Shown: positions 27,587 to 36,341 of the stretch, piece by piece
Numbering within the stretch: position 1 is the stretch's first letter
How the letters are laid out: every line of letters starts with the position of its first letter
From: a virus
Taxonomy: Duplodnaviria; Caudoviricetes
Direction: 5' to 3' (one strand)
IMG/VR virus record: IMGVR_UViG_3300011701_000001
Coordinates: 33,815 to 97,814 of that record
DNA: 64,000 nt
The notes under the pieces: model-generated
What the model saw: the letters and a program-made list of their open reading frames with translations, nothing else
Databases searched by the model: none
What the model was told of the DNA's origin: nothing
Made by a program: the position numbers and the translations under genes

Positions 27587-28306
27587 ATGTACGAAGAAGA
27601 AAACAAATACCCTACGATTTTTGCAACTCCACGAGGAGCGCAATATTCGATTAATGTGAGTCAGGTGTTTGGTAACGCTCACACATTCGATGAGGTTATC
27701 CATGTACTAATGACAGCTACACCAGAAGATGTTATTGTATTTCACATTAATAGTGATGGTGGTCAGTTGTTCTCATTGGTAGCATTAAAGAATGCAATTG
27801 CATCATCTCAAGCCCAAATTCATATGAACCTTATGGGAATGGCTGCGAGTGCTGGTTCTGCTTTATTCCTAACTGATGGTGTTTCAAGCTACAGTATCGG
27901 TGAGAATACTTGCATGATGATTCACAACATGATTTCTGGAACTGGATACGACAATACGGTTACTATCAAAACTCGTGCTGACTATAATATGAAGATGAAT
28001 GAGCGATTTGTTCGTGAGACCTACAAGGACTTCTTGCTAGAGTCTGAGATTAACGATGTGATTTTTAATGCTCGTGAAATATATCTAGAAGACTTTGAGA
28101 TTCGTGAACGCCTACAAAAACGAGAAGAAATGAAAGCACAACAGATGCAGAAAGAGTTTGAGGATAGTGTTAATGCTGCACCAGACCTCTCACAATTCTC
28201 TGTAGAGGAACTTGAGGAAGAAATTCAGTTGTGTAAGGAAGATATTAAAGCTTATCAACGTGAAGTTAAATCTCGTACATCAGCTAAGGTTACTAAGGAG
28301 ACATAA
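27587..28306 (+). CDS. ClpP-like protease
   Basis: INSDGG, GMAASAGS, MMIH catalytic motifs. Confidence 0.8.
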   Translation: MYEEENKYPTIFATPRGAQYSINVSQVFGNAHTFDEVIHVLMTATPEDVIVFHINSDGGQLFSLVALKNAIASSQAQIHMNLMGMAASAGSALFLTDGVSSYSIGENTCMMIHNMISGTGYDNTVTIKTRADYNMKMNERFVRETYKDFLLESEINDVIFNAREIYLEDFEIRERLQKREEMKAQQMQKEFEDSVNAAPDLSQFSVEELEEEIQLCKEDIKAYQREVKSRTSAKVTKET

Positions 28307-28938
28307 TGTTCACAGCACTAGCAATTAAAAACTTTGCTGGCAGTGTGTTATCTTTTCTATGGGAATATAAATGGAGCATCCTTGTTGGTGCTCTAATTGC
28401 CTTCTTGTGGATTAGAGGTAATAATTACCAACACAAGTACGAAGAAGAGGTAATAGCACATAAACAAGAACGTGCTGCACACCTTGTCACAAAGATTGAG
28501 AATGAATTGACACTGAGGAAACTGCAAGCTGATAGTGAAACAGCTTTACGTTTAGCACAAGAAGAATCTTTACATGAGTATCAATCTTTAGTAGATAAAA
28601 CAACACAAATTCAGAAGGAGTATTCTGTTCGTGAAAAAGAAATTAACAACACTATTAGTTCTCTCAACAATAGCAATGCTAGGTTGTCAGAAACAATCAG
28701 ACAATACACGACCACTACCAATAGTAGTGCCAATTCCAGTGGAGAAGAAGGTGACACCAGTTCCAAGCGTTTATCTACCATCGGAGGATTACTTGAAGCG
28801 TGTACAGCAGAATATGTCTACATGGGAACAGAAGCTTCAAAACTAGGTAATAGTGTGAATACCTTGAAGACTTGGGGTGATATTGTTTTTGATAATGTTA
28901 ACTCAAAAGAGGAGGGTGTAACAAATGCTATTGATTGA
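28306..28938 (+). CDS. i-spanin (Rz-like)
   Basis: N-terminal TM then long coiled coil; nested lipoprotein gene. Confidence 0.7.
   Translation: MFTALAIKNFAGSVLSFLWEYKWSILVGALIAFLWIRGNNYQHKYEEEVIAHKQERAAHLVTKIENELTLRKLQADSETALRLAQEESLHEYQSLVDKTTQIQKEYSVREKEINNTISSLNNSNARLSETIRQYTTTTNSSANSSGEEGDTSSKRLSTIGGLLEACTAEYVYMGTEASKLGNSVNTLKTWGDIVFDNVNSKEEGVTNAID
28631..28846 (+). CDS. o-spanin (Rz1-like) lipoprotein embedded in +1 frame
   Basis: MKKK-hydrophobic-MLG/C lipobox, Pro-rich mature part; SD AAGGAG at 28615-28620. Confidence 0.75.
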   Translation: MKKKLTTLLVLSTIAMLGCQKQSDNTRPLPIVVPIPVEKKVTPVPSVYLPSEDYLKRVQQNMSTWEQKLQN

Positions 28939-29338
28939 GAAGTCTAAGAAGTTTAAGTTTAAGTATTACTCAGGATATGAGTTTAACGATGTAAACAGGC
29001 ACAAAATTTATATCGTTTATTTCATGTTCTGGTGTTTTGTCTTTATGAATAAAGATAGCGATATTACAAACACATTTAATGCTGCATACACAACGAAGGA
29101 CTTGTCTTGGGTTGATGCTATTAAAGAGGAGAAAGAGAAGTGGAAGGACTACTATGAAAAGTACTGGTACGACACCTACATGGATGATTTTACACACTTC
29201 AAGGGATTAATTGAAGATCGTGATAAAGAGATTCAATTGTACAAAGACTCATACCATAACGTACTTAACCTTGCTAGAGGGTTGAGAACACTTCAACGTG
29301 ATGGTATTGAACTGTTGGAAAGTTTAGAAAAGAAGTAA
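28925..29338 (+). CDS. hypothetical protein
   Basis: Coupled ORF with SD GGAGG. Confidence 0.55.
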   Translation: MLLIEKSKKFKFKYYSGYEFNDVNRHKIYIVYFMFWCFVFMNKDSDITNTFNAAYTTKDLSWVDAIKEEKEKWKDYYEKYWYDTYMDDFTHFKGLIEDRDKEIQLYKDSYHNVLNLARGLRTLQRDGIELLESLEKK

Positions 29339-29345
29339 TATTCAC

Positions 29346-29382
29346 AAGGAGTGTTGACACAACGTTAGCACTCCTTTATTAT
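29346..29382 (+). promoter_or_regulatory. terminator hairpin with embedded sigma70 promoter
   Basis: AAGGAGTGTTGAC/GTTAGCACTCCTT stem; TTGACA-17-TATTAT. Confidence 0.7.
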
Positions 29383-29424
29383 TGTCTTTAGAAAGTCAAA
29401 CATGTATTAAGTAGGAAAAAACAA

Positions 29425-29814
29425 ATGTCGTTAGCATTAGCACTCAAAACAGCATTAGCATTAAATGAGTATGAAACAGAGCAGCAACAGAAGAAAGAAC
29501 TCAAAGAGAAAGCATGGAATCCTGATGTTCTTGTAACAGGTGGTATTACTTGGTGGAATCGTAAAGTTGTTAAACAAGTCGTAGATAAAAAGACAAACGT
29601 TGTTAAAGATAAAGAAACTATACAGAAGGTTAAAATCACTGTATTAACACAAGACCAAGACCCTACAGAAGTGGGTAACAAAGGTAAGTTTTCATTCCGT
29701 AATGCTTGTGGGAACAGAATCTATATTGGTGTAAAATCATATAAAGAAGCTGATGAGTTTGTTGCAGAGTTTTATGGTAAAGGGACATATCGTGTTTCGT
29801 CAGTTGTAAACTGA
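29425..29814 (+). CDS. conserved phage hypothetical protein
   Basis: F.FRNACG..I, YGKG.Y.V. Confidence 0.65.
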   Translation: MSLALALKTALALNEYETEQQQKKELKEKAWNPDVLVTGGITWWNRKVVKQVVDKKTNVVKDKETIQKVKITVLTQDQDPTEVGNKGKFSFRNACGNRIYIGVKSYKEADEFVAEFYGKGTYRVSSVVN

Positions 29815-29846
29815 GAACAGTTCACAATTAATTTAGGAGAAAAGAA

Positions 29847-30203
29847 ATGAGTGATAGTTGGAAAAAGAAAGTTAAATCTAGAATCACTGATGAGCAGAAA
29901 GAGATTGAAAAGTTTAAGAATGATCGCAAGGTTATCTTGGATAAAGTTACCAAAGCTGTTTATGAGGTTTATGATTTAACAGGAATTAAGATTAGAAATA
30001 TATATGATGTTTCTGAGTATATTGATGGTCATCCAGTTAAGGATGAGTTGAATATGAGTGGGTTTAATCGTGCGGTAGATTATTGTTTTAGAGTAACATA
30101 TGAAGGACGAACACATGACTTCTACTGGCATGAGTTTCACTCGTCTATAAACAAAAACTACAAGAAGCATAGTTGGAAAGGTTGGTTTGTTGAATTTTAT
30201 TAG
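29847..30203 (+). CDS. hypothetical protein
   Basis: SD AGGAG. Confidence 0.6.
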   Translation: MSDSWKKKVKSRITDEQKEIEKFKNDRKVILDKVTKAVYEVYDLTGIKIRNIYDVSEYIDGHPVKDELNMSGFNRAVDYCFRVTYEGRTHDFYWHEFHSSINKNYKKHSWKGWFVEFY

Positions 30204-30213
30204 GAGAAAATAA

Positions 30214-30489
30214 ATGGGTGATTATTCAAAGTGGTTTTGGGATAACTGTGATGAGTTAAATAAAGATACAAGTTTTGCTCACAGTTTGTCTGAAAGATGT
30301 TGGAATCATCAACAGAAGAAGATTGATACTTTGGAGAGAAAGATGAACAAGATTCTTGATTACTTGGATAGTAAAACAGAGGAAACTTGGAAATCTTGGA
30401 AAGAGAAAGCTGATATGATGGATCAAGGTGCAAGTAACGCATATGAGGATGCTTATTGGTTTGTTAAGAATATTGTTGAGGAGAAATAG
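30214..30489 (+). CDS. hypothetical protein
   Basis: WNHQQKKID motif typical of small Acinetobacter-phage proteins. Confidence 0.6.
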   Translation: MGDYSKWFWDNCDELNKDTSFAHSLSERCWNHQQKKIDTLERKMNKILDYLDSKTEETWKSWKEKADMMDQGASNAYEDAYWFVKNIVEEK

Positions 30490-30491
30490 CG

Positions 30492-30719
30492 ATGGATGAA
30501 GTTAAAGTGTGGGCTGTATTTTTAGGTTGGGTGGGTTTCTTAGCATTAATCCCAACAATAGTGTGGTTTATTATCCTAAGTGCTGTTGCTTGGGGTTTGA
30601 ATCAATCAGGGTTAACAGGAGAGTGGTTGCACTACTGGAAGTATTGGTGGTGTTTAGGTGTGTTTGTTTTAGCGTTTATTGGTCAAGTATTAGTTGCTAT
30701 TGGAGGTGTTAAGAAATGA
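30492..30719 (+). CDS. two-TM membrane protein
   Basis: Two hydrophobic helices, basic C-terminus. Confidence 0.6.
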   Translation: MDEVKVWAVFLGWVGFLALIPTIVWFIILSAVAWGLNQSGLTGEWLHYWKYWWCLGVFVLAFIGQVLVAIGGVKK

Positions 30720-31207
30720 CTCTTTGGTTAAATAAAAATACTCTTGAGGAAAAGTATTTGGAATCTGGAAGTGTGATTAAAGGTATTGATTGGATAAACG
30801 TTCCAGATGGTGCAACATTCGCTACAGGAGATAAAGATAATCTAGTATTCCGTAAGGATGGTTGGTATTACGATAATCAAACAGGTTGGTGGATTAAAGG
30901 TTATGTGAATCTTCAGAACTTGTGCAAGCATGAGTTTGTTAAATTGTTTTGGGTTAAGAATGGCGTCAAAGAGAACATCTTTACATTAGAGCGATTGTTA
31001 GGGTGTGAGGTAAAGATTAATTACTCTGGTGTTACAGGGTATGTTACAGACATCACCAATAATGGATATTTCTTACATATTTGTTGTGGTAGCAGTTTTG
31101 ATGTTGTTAGCAAACACCGATTAACCTTCTTCACAGAAGATGGTGATGAGTTAACATTTGATGAGTATGTTGAGATGTATTATGGAGAGCAATGTGAACA
31201 TATTTGA
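30716..31207 (+). CDS. hypothetical protein
   Basis: WINVPDGA motif; ATGA-coupled. Confidence 0.6.
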   Translation: MTLWLNKNTLEEKYLESGSVIKGIDWINVPDGATFATGDKDNLVFRKDGWYYDNQTGWWIKGYVNLQNLCKHEFVKLFWVKNGVKENIFTLERLLGCEVKINYSGVTGYVTDITNNGYFLHICCGSSFDVVSKHRLTFFTEDGDELTFDEYVEMYYGEQCEHI

Positions 31208-31553
31208 ACAGTACGGTGGGTATGAAGTTGTAAAGCAAGCTATATCAAACTATAAGCAATCTGGTGATATGGTTACAGCAGCAGGGTTGAAGTTACAGTG
31301 TTTAGAGTATCGTAGGAAGCACAAGTTTTATGAAGTGGGAGACCCTGTAATTCGTAAGTGGAATAATCAACTTTATTATATCTGTTATGATATTGATAAC
31401 GGTGGTGAATACCTAATTGGTAAAGAACCGAATACACCGTTTAATAAGTGTAAAGTGTGTGAGCTACCTTCTAATCTATCTCATGCAACAAAGACAGAAG
31501 TTGAGCTTGGGTATCGTAGTCGTAGTGGTCAGATGGAGTTGTTTGATGAGTAG
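31158..31553 (+). CDS. hypothetical protein
   Basis: EQYGGYE..K, LEYRR....EVGD, HAT..E; true start probably later. Confidence 0.6.
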   Translation: MMSMLRCIMESNVNIFEQYGGYEVVKQAISNYKQSGDMVTAAGLKLQCLEYRRKHKFYEVGDPVIRKWNNQLYYICYDIDNGGEYLIGKEPNTPFNKCKVCELPSNLSHATKTEVELGYRSRSGQMELFDE

Positions 31554-31770
31554 TTACCAGATTGGTGATAAGGTTTGCTTTAAAGTGTGCGAAGAATTAC
31601 CAGACCTTTACGGAGGTGTTTACGAGGTAATAGGGTGGAATTGGAAGCGAGATTGTATTATTCTATTTGATGTAAAAGATCGTAAGAATAATGCTAGGTA
31701 TGTTTCTGAGGATTCTATTCGTAAAGCATCTTGGGATGAGATTTTAAATGGTAAGAGAGACCTTTTATGA
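31546..31770 (+). CDS. hypothetical protein
   Basis: YQIGDKV...IRKAS.DEI..G.R. Confidence 0.55.
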   Translation: MSSYQIGDKVCFKVCEELPDLYGGVYEVIGWNWKRDCIILFDVKDRKNNARYVSEDSIRKASWDEILNGKRDLL

Positions 31771-31781
31771 ATCTGTGAAAT

Positions 31782-32126
31782 TTGTTTCAGAAAAATTTCC
31801 ATCTCGTGTTTTTAGGAATGCAGAAGGTTTCCCTTAATGAGAATATCTTGGAGAGTATTGAATTGTTAAAGAATGAGGATTTAATTAGTATAGGGTTTAC
31901 TCCTTATGATCACTTCACAGTCATGAATACAGTTTGCTTTGATGTAGGTAGATGTAGACAGGTTCAAGTTGGTTGTGTTGGTACACCGAATGAAAATGTT
32001 TTTCTTGTTCATCAGTGGGGTGACACATGCGAGGAACAAGATGTGGTGTGTATTCATAATTGTGATTATGATGGTTATCTTACAATGGAAAAAGTTATGA
32101 ATATCTTAAAAGTTTTTGGAAAATAA
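31782..32126 (+). CDS. hypothetical protein
   Basis: CVGTPNE, HNCDYDG. Confidence 0.6.
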   Translation: MFQKNFHLVFLGMQKVSLNENILESIELLKNEDLISIGFTPYDHFTVMNTVCFDVGRCRQVQVGCVGTPNENVFLVHQWGDTCEEQDVVCIHNCDYDGYLTMEKVMNILKVFGK

Positions 32127-32201
32127 TTTTTAAAGTGAGTTTTTAGGAAACAAGGAAGTTTTCTAGGAGGGAAAATATCTTGAGGTGGTGGAGGAGTTAT
32201 T

Positions 32202-32504
32202 GTGAAATTATATAGAGCAATGTGTAAGGAAGAGTTTAAAGGTAGATGTGCAAAACACCCATTCTCTTTCTCTAAAGGTAAGTTTAAGTGGTTTTCTGAT
32301 AATCTTGATTTTGTTACTAACAGGGTGAAAGACGGCAAATTTAATAACTCAAAATTTAAAAAGGATGCTTACAATGTTCTTGTTGAGTATGTTGTGGATG
32401 ATATTAGTTGTTTTAAGAGAGTGTCAAACAATGAATTAATGCTGTCTGTTAGGGATGTAAACAAAGTTAAGGTATTTGAAATAAATGTTTTGGAAAATTT
32501 TTAA
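32202..32504 (+). CDS. small protein with ADP-ribosyltransferase-like motifs
   Basis: LYRAM...EF, KWFS, late NE: R-S-E spacing; SD GGAGGAG. Confidence 0.4.
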   Translation: MKLYRAMCKEEFKGRCAKHPFSFSKGKFKWFSDNLDFVTNRVKDGKFNNSKFKKDAYNVLVEYVVDDISCFKRVSNNELMLSVRDVNKVKVFEINVLENF

Positions 32505-32876
32505 GGTGGTGTGAAAGAGTTTGGTGGATTCTATAATTTATCTGTTTGGGTATTAAACATGGCGCACGGGTCTCAATAGTAAAGCCTTTCCCTATTTCAG
32601 AATATCTACCGTATATCTTCATATAAGCTCCCTGACGACATTTTAAGAGTCTGATATATACCTATGTACCGTTATATCCTAAAGTCTCTGTAATGAGTTT
32701 AAAACAGCGTTTAACGTGATGTTATAAAGATTGATTGATAGCTACCCCATATGGATGATTTTAGTTGATCATTGTTTAAGAATGACTTAGTTAGAATAGA
32801 ATTTTAATTCTTAATCTTTATAATTAATTTAATTGATATGTTATTAAGTTATACTGATTAGTAAATAACAGGCAAC

Positions 32877-32899
32877 AAAAAAGCCAGCATTATGCTGGC
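32877..32899 (-). terminator. intrinsic terminator ending early block
   Basis: GCCAGCAT-A-ATGCTGGC then TTTTTT. Confidence 0.8.
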
Positions 32900-32919
32900 A
32901 CAGTTGGTAACATGTAAAG

Positions 32920-33258
32920 CTATATTATGAAAGGGTTTTCATAGCCATCTAAAAACATACATGTTAACAACCCATGTCTAAAATTATGCTCACAGAATAG
33001 AGGCTGGAAAGTAATCCATCTTGTTTGGTCATTTTCATTCTTAATAGTTTTTAATATTACATAGATTATCGAATCATTATAAGATTGTATAATATCGCCT
33101 TCCTCTAATGTTCTTAATTCAACATCAAACATGTAGTGATTACAATCAATAATCTTAAATAATGTTCCACATCTAATAAGGTTTTTATAGCTATTTCTGT
33201 TATACCTTCCTTTATATGAGACGATGGGGTCAATGTCGCAACTTAGTTTAATATTCAT
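32920..33258 (-). CDS. hypothetical early protein
   Basis: SD AGGTG. Confidence 0.55.
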   Translation of the reverse strand: MNIKLSCDIDPIVSYKGRYNRNSYKNLIRCGTLFKIIDCNHYMFDVELRTLEEGDIIQSYNDSIIYVILKTIKNENDQTRWITFQPLFCEHNFRHGLLTCMFLDGYENPFII

Positions 33259-33269
33259 AATATTTCACC

Positions 33270-33467
33270 TTAATATAACTTTTGTTGTTTATTAAAATAC
33301 TTTGTTTCATCACCACAAAAGAATTTTATATTATCACTTTCCTTATGATAACTTTTAGCTACATGACACTCAAACATAGAATGATATTTCACATCATTAA
33401 CGCGCTTCATTGATTCATAACCTTCGCTATCAATAAACACGACAAATAATAAGTAAATAGTTTTCAT
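33270..33467 (-). CDS. hypothetical early protein
   Basis: Hydrophobic N-terminus, S..EC..A....C; SD GGAGG. Confidence 0.55.
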   Translation of the reverse strand: MKTIYLLFVVFIDSEGYESMKRVNDVKYHSMFECHVAKSYHKESDNIKFFCGDETKYFNKQQKLY

Positions 33468-33730
33468 TGGTTATCCTCCTTTAATCTGTTTGGTATACCC
33501 ATAACAACGATGTTACCTTTAGTAAACTTTTCAGTATTAATAATCTTATAGATTAAGGCATCACTGTTATTTAGTTCCTCTATTTCTTTTATATGTATTT
33601 CAAAGTTTCCAATATGACTGTGGCGTTCATATGGAACATGTACAAATACACCTAAAGTCACTGTATAACCACTATCATTAGTAGCTATGTTTACAAATTC
33701 TTGAATAAGATCATCAAAATAAACTTTCAT
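33464..33730 (-). CDS. hypothetical early protein
   Basis: ATGA-coupled. Confidence 0.55.
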   Translation of the reverse strand: MKVYFDDLIQEFVNIATNDSGYTVTLGVFVHVPYERHSHIGNFEIHIKEIEELNNSDALIYKIINTEKFTKGNIVVMGIPNRLKEDNQ

Positions 33731-33909
33731 CTCTTAAACTCCCAAGGTTTTACAATTCTTGCCACTTCTACCAATGAACCAAAATCATCTACTATATGAT
33801 AAATAAATTCAATTGTTTGATTCTCATTATTTCCAGTATAAGAGTAATAAAAACCATGCCCGTATAATCTAAACATTCTTATTCTCCTTTTCATTGTTAT
33901 GACATTCAA
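33727..33909 (-). CDS. hypothetical early protein
   Basis: DDFG.LV motif; coupled. Confidence 0.5.
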   Translation of the reverse strand: MNVITMKRRIRMFRLYGHGFYYSYTGNNENQTIEFIYHIVDDFGSLVEVARIVKPWEFKR

Positions 33910-34065
33910 CTAAATAACCAACGATCATAAGAACAATTAAGCCAATGAATAACACTAGGGTGTTATCTATTGATGTACCTTCTGCAGCTAATTTAGCTTG
34001 TATTGCGAATATTAATTCTAACATTATAGATTCCCTTAGTTTATATTAATTGACATATAACGCAG

Positions 34066-34230
34066 TTATATAGGGCGTACTGTGACGGCGTTCTTAAGAG
34101 CATTTAAGAGCATCTCTTCACTATGCAACTTAACATTGTACAGCTCAGTTTGTTTAAATCCTATAACGACAACTGTTCTACCATCGTTAAAGCAATTTAA
34201 TACAGTTGCCAATTTCTCTACTTTTGACAT
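34066..34230 (-). CDS. hypothetical early protein
   Basis: Start refined to MSKVEK. Confidence 0.45.
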   Translation of the reverse strand: MSKVEKLATVLNCFNDGRTVVVIGFKQTELYNVKLHSEEMLLNALKNAVTVRPI

Positions 34231-34243
34231 GTTAAGCACCCTA

Positions 34244-34450
34244 TCAACTCTTAACAATATTGACTTTAGATAACATGCTATAATTAGGCACATCACACAA
34301 TAAGAATTGCTTATGTCCTTGCGTCAATAACTCAACAAATGATTCATCACATGGTTTATATGATTTAACTACTTTCATATTGTTAACCTTATGGGCACAG
34401 ATTGACGTTTTGCCTGATAATGGGCATTTATAACGGTTAATGATTAACAT
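34244..34450 (-). CDS. hypothetical early protein
   Basis: SD AAGGA. Confidence 0.55.
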   Translation of the reverse strand: MLIINRYKCPLSGKTSICAHKVNNMKVVKSYKPCDESFVELLTQGHKQFLLCDVPNYSMLSKVNIVKS

Positions 34451-34462
34451 GGCTTATATCCT

Positions 34463-34729
34463 TTAAATTTGCTTATATTCAAAATCAATATAATCTTTAA
34501 ATTTATTAATCTCTATTAATCTACCATTCTTATATACATTAAAACCAGCATAACTCCTGATGTTCTTTAATCTTGTAACATAGTCAAAAGTTTTTTCGTG
34601 TACCGTGTGAATGTTCTTAATTCTACCTTCTAAACGCAACTCAGAATCACTACCCAATGCTTCAATAATATATTGTTTAGGACAATGAATATTTTTAGCT
34701 GATAACTGCAATAATTTAATTGTGAACAT
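34463..34729 (-). CDS. hypothetical early protein
   Basis: EALGSD....L.GR motif. Confidence 0.6.
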   Translation of the reverse strand: MFTIKLLQLSAKNIHCPKQYIIEALGSDSELRLEGRIKNIHTVHEKTFDYVTRLKNIRSYAGFNVYKNGRLIEINKFKDYIDFEYKQI

Positions 34730-34827
34730 AATAAAAATACCTTAGTTTAAATATTTAAGATTGTGCATTGCATTAAGGGGCTGTTATCCAATACAACACA
34801 ATGCAATGCACGTTGTTTAAATGTTGT

Positions 34828-35025
34828 TTATTTACGCTTGTATTTGTAAATTGTTTTTTCACCAGAGAAAGAATTATAAACAGTTTCTTTACTAATCAAT
34901 TCTAAATCTAACCAACTCAAGAATTCCTGACAGTTTCTCAAATCATTGCAAATTAGATCATCATCTAAATATAATTGATTGTCTACATTAGAACTTTTGT
35001 AGTCGATGTAAATTAATGTTTTCAT
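34828..35025 (-). CDS. hypothetical early protein
   Basis: ORF with SD GAG. Confidence 0.5.
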   Translation of the reverse strand: MKTLIYIDYKSSNVDNQLYLDDDLICNDLRNCQEFLSWLDLELISKETVYNSFSGEKTIYKYKRK

Positions 35026-35067
35026 TTTAAATACTCACTGTAGATTAAAAGGTATCTTGTTTAACTG

Positions 35068-35436
35068 TTAAACCGCTTGCAAGAAACGATATGCACCGTA
35101 CTTATTAAAACGATCAAAATCATGATTAACTTCACATAAGTCTTGTAAGAAATTTAAGTCTTGAACAGATAACTTATCATTGCCTAGATTTTGCTTAACA
35201 TATTGATCGCCAGCTTTTTGCACTGCTACACTTAGCTTATCAAAACCGCACCCACTAACGCTAACTTGTACCATCTGTGAGCCGTATAAGTGTAAGTATA
35301 AGTATAATTTACCCATACCTTCTTTAGGATACTTAACAGACATAGTGCCTTTTTGATTTCCTTCACTGTCAATAATCACATAAGCCGATACTTGGGCAAA
35401 GTGTTTGTCGTGTTTGTCGTATACTGAAGTTGTCAT
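35068..35436 (-). CDS. hypothetical early protein
   Basis: VSAYVI, SGCGFDKLS.A motif seen in phage early proteins. Confidence 0.65.
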   Translation of the reverse strand: MTTSVYDKHDKHFAQVSAYVIIDSEGNQKGTMSVKYPKEGMGKLYLYLHLYGSQMVQVSVSGCGFDKLSVAVQKAGDQYVKQNLGNDKLSVQDLNFLQDLCEVNHDFDRFNKYGAYRFLQAV

Positions 35437-35521
35437 GTTGTATTACTCTCTTAAAATGTGCATTATTGCACGTAGTTTACATATTAATGCAATCTAAAAA
35501 TAAATTGCACTGTATATAAAC

Positions 35522-35749
35522 TTACTCTACATTGTCTAAATTAACTAACGATCTTCCACCAAAACCAACAGCTCGATGATGGTGCAAAGTGTAAGTGCCT
35601 GACCACTCATAAGTACAAATATAATCAGGTGCAAAGCTTAAATTCAACTCTGAATCATCTTTATCTCTAACATAACCAAGTGATTCAAGCTTGTTAATAA
35701 TGTCTTTAACAGGTTGAGATTCATTTACTTTGATCATTTGATTTTTCAT
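35522..35749 (-). CDS. hypothetical early protein
   Basis: LESLGY motif; SD AGGA. Confidence 0.6.
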   Translation of the reverse strand: MKNQMIKVNESQPVKDIINKLESLGYVRDKDDSELNLSFAPDYICTYEWSGTYTLHHHRAVGFGGRSLVNLDNVE

Positions 35750-35839
35750 GTCGTTTTTCCTATTTTATAAATTAAACTATTCACTATTAAATAGCTTGAG
35801 TTATAAAACAACACACAAGGGTAATCATTATTAATAACA

Positions 35840-35987
35840 ATTAGACAATGTATGTCTTATACTTCTCACAGTATCGGCTGTGACTGCTATTTAACAGATT
35901 TCAGGTTCAGCACCTTCGTTAACCGCATCTTGATACCACTTCAATATGTCTGCTTTACAGCTCGCTGTTGCCTGTATCGCTTGGTAT
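35840..35987 (-). ncRNA. candidate early structured RNA/leader
   Basis: Starts at predicted TSS; nested helices; no ORF. Confidence 0.4.
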
Positions 35988-35993
35988 GAAATA

Positions 35994-36022
35994 AAGATAC
36001 CAATTTAAAACTTTCATTGCAA
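35994..36022 (-). promoter_or_regulatory. early sigma70 promoter
   Basis: TTGCAA-17-TATCTT, +1 ATACCAAG, AT-rich upstream. Confidence 0.7.
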
Positions 36023-36273
36023 GCACTTTATTCAAATAATTTTAAAATAATACTAAAAATATTGATAAATACATGAAAATACAGTGAATTTAATTGTTTA
36101 TTTTATTAAAACCTTACTAAATAAGTTTATTTAGGCTTATTTCTAAATATTTATTAATAAAATTTCATTTTCCTATTGTATTTAATTTAAAATTTAATTA
36201 AACTGTATCTAGCACGTCAGGAACGGGGAGACAATCACTAAGCACGTCTATTGCATTTATAACTGTATAAACA

Positions 36274-36294
36274 AAAAAGCACCCTATTGGGTGC
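36274..36294 (-). terminator. intrinsic terminator
   Basis: GCACCC-AATA-GGGTGC then TTTTTT. Confidence 0.8.
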
Positions 36295-36341
36295 GGTATT
36301 TAGTAAGTATGTTTTATATAGTGCAGGACTAAACCGTATGA

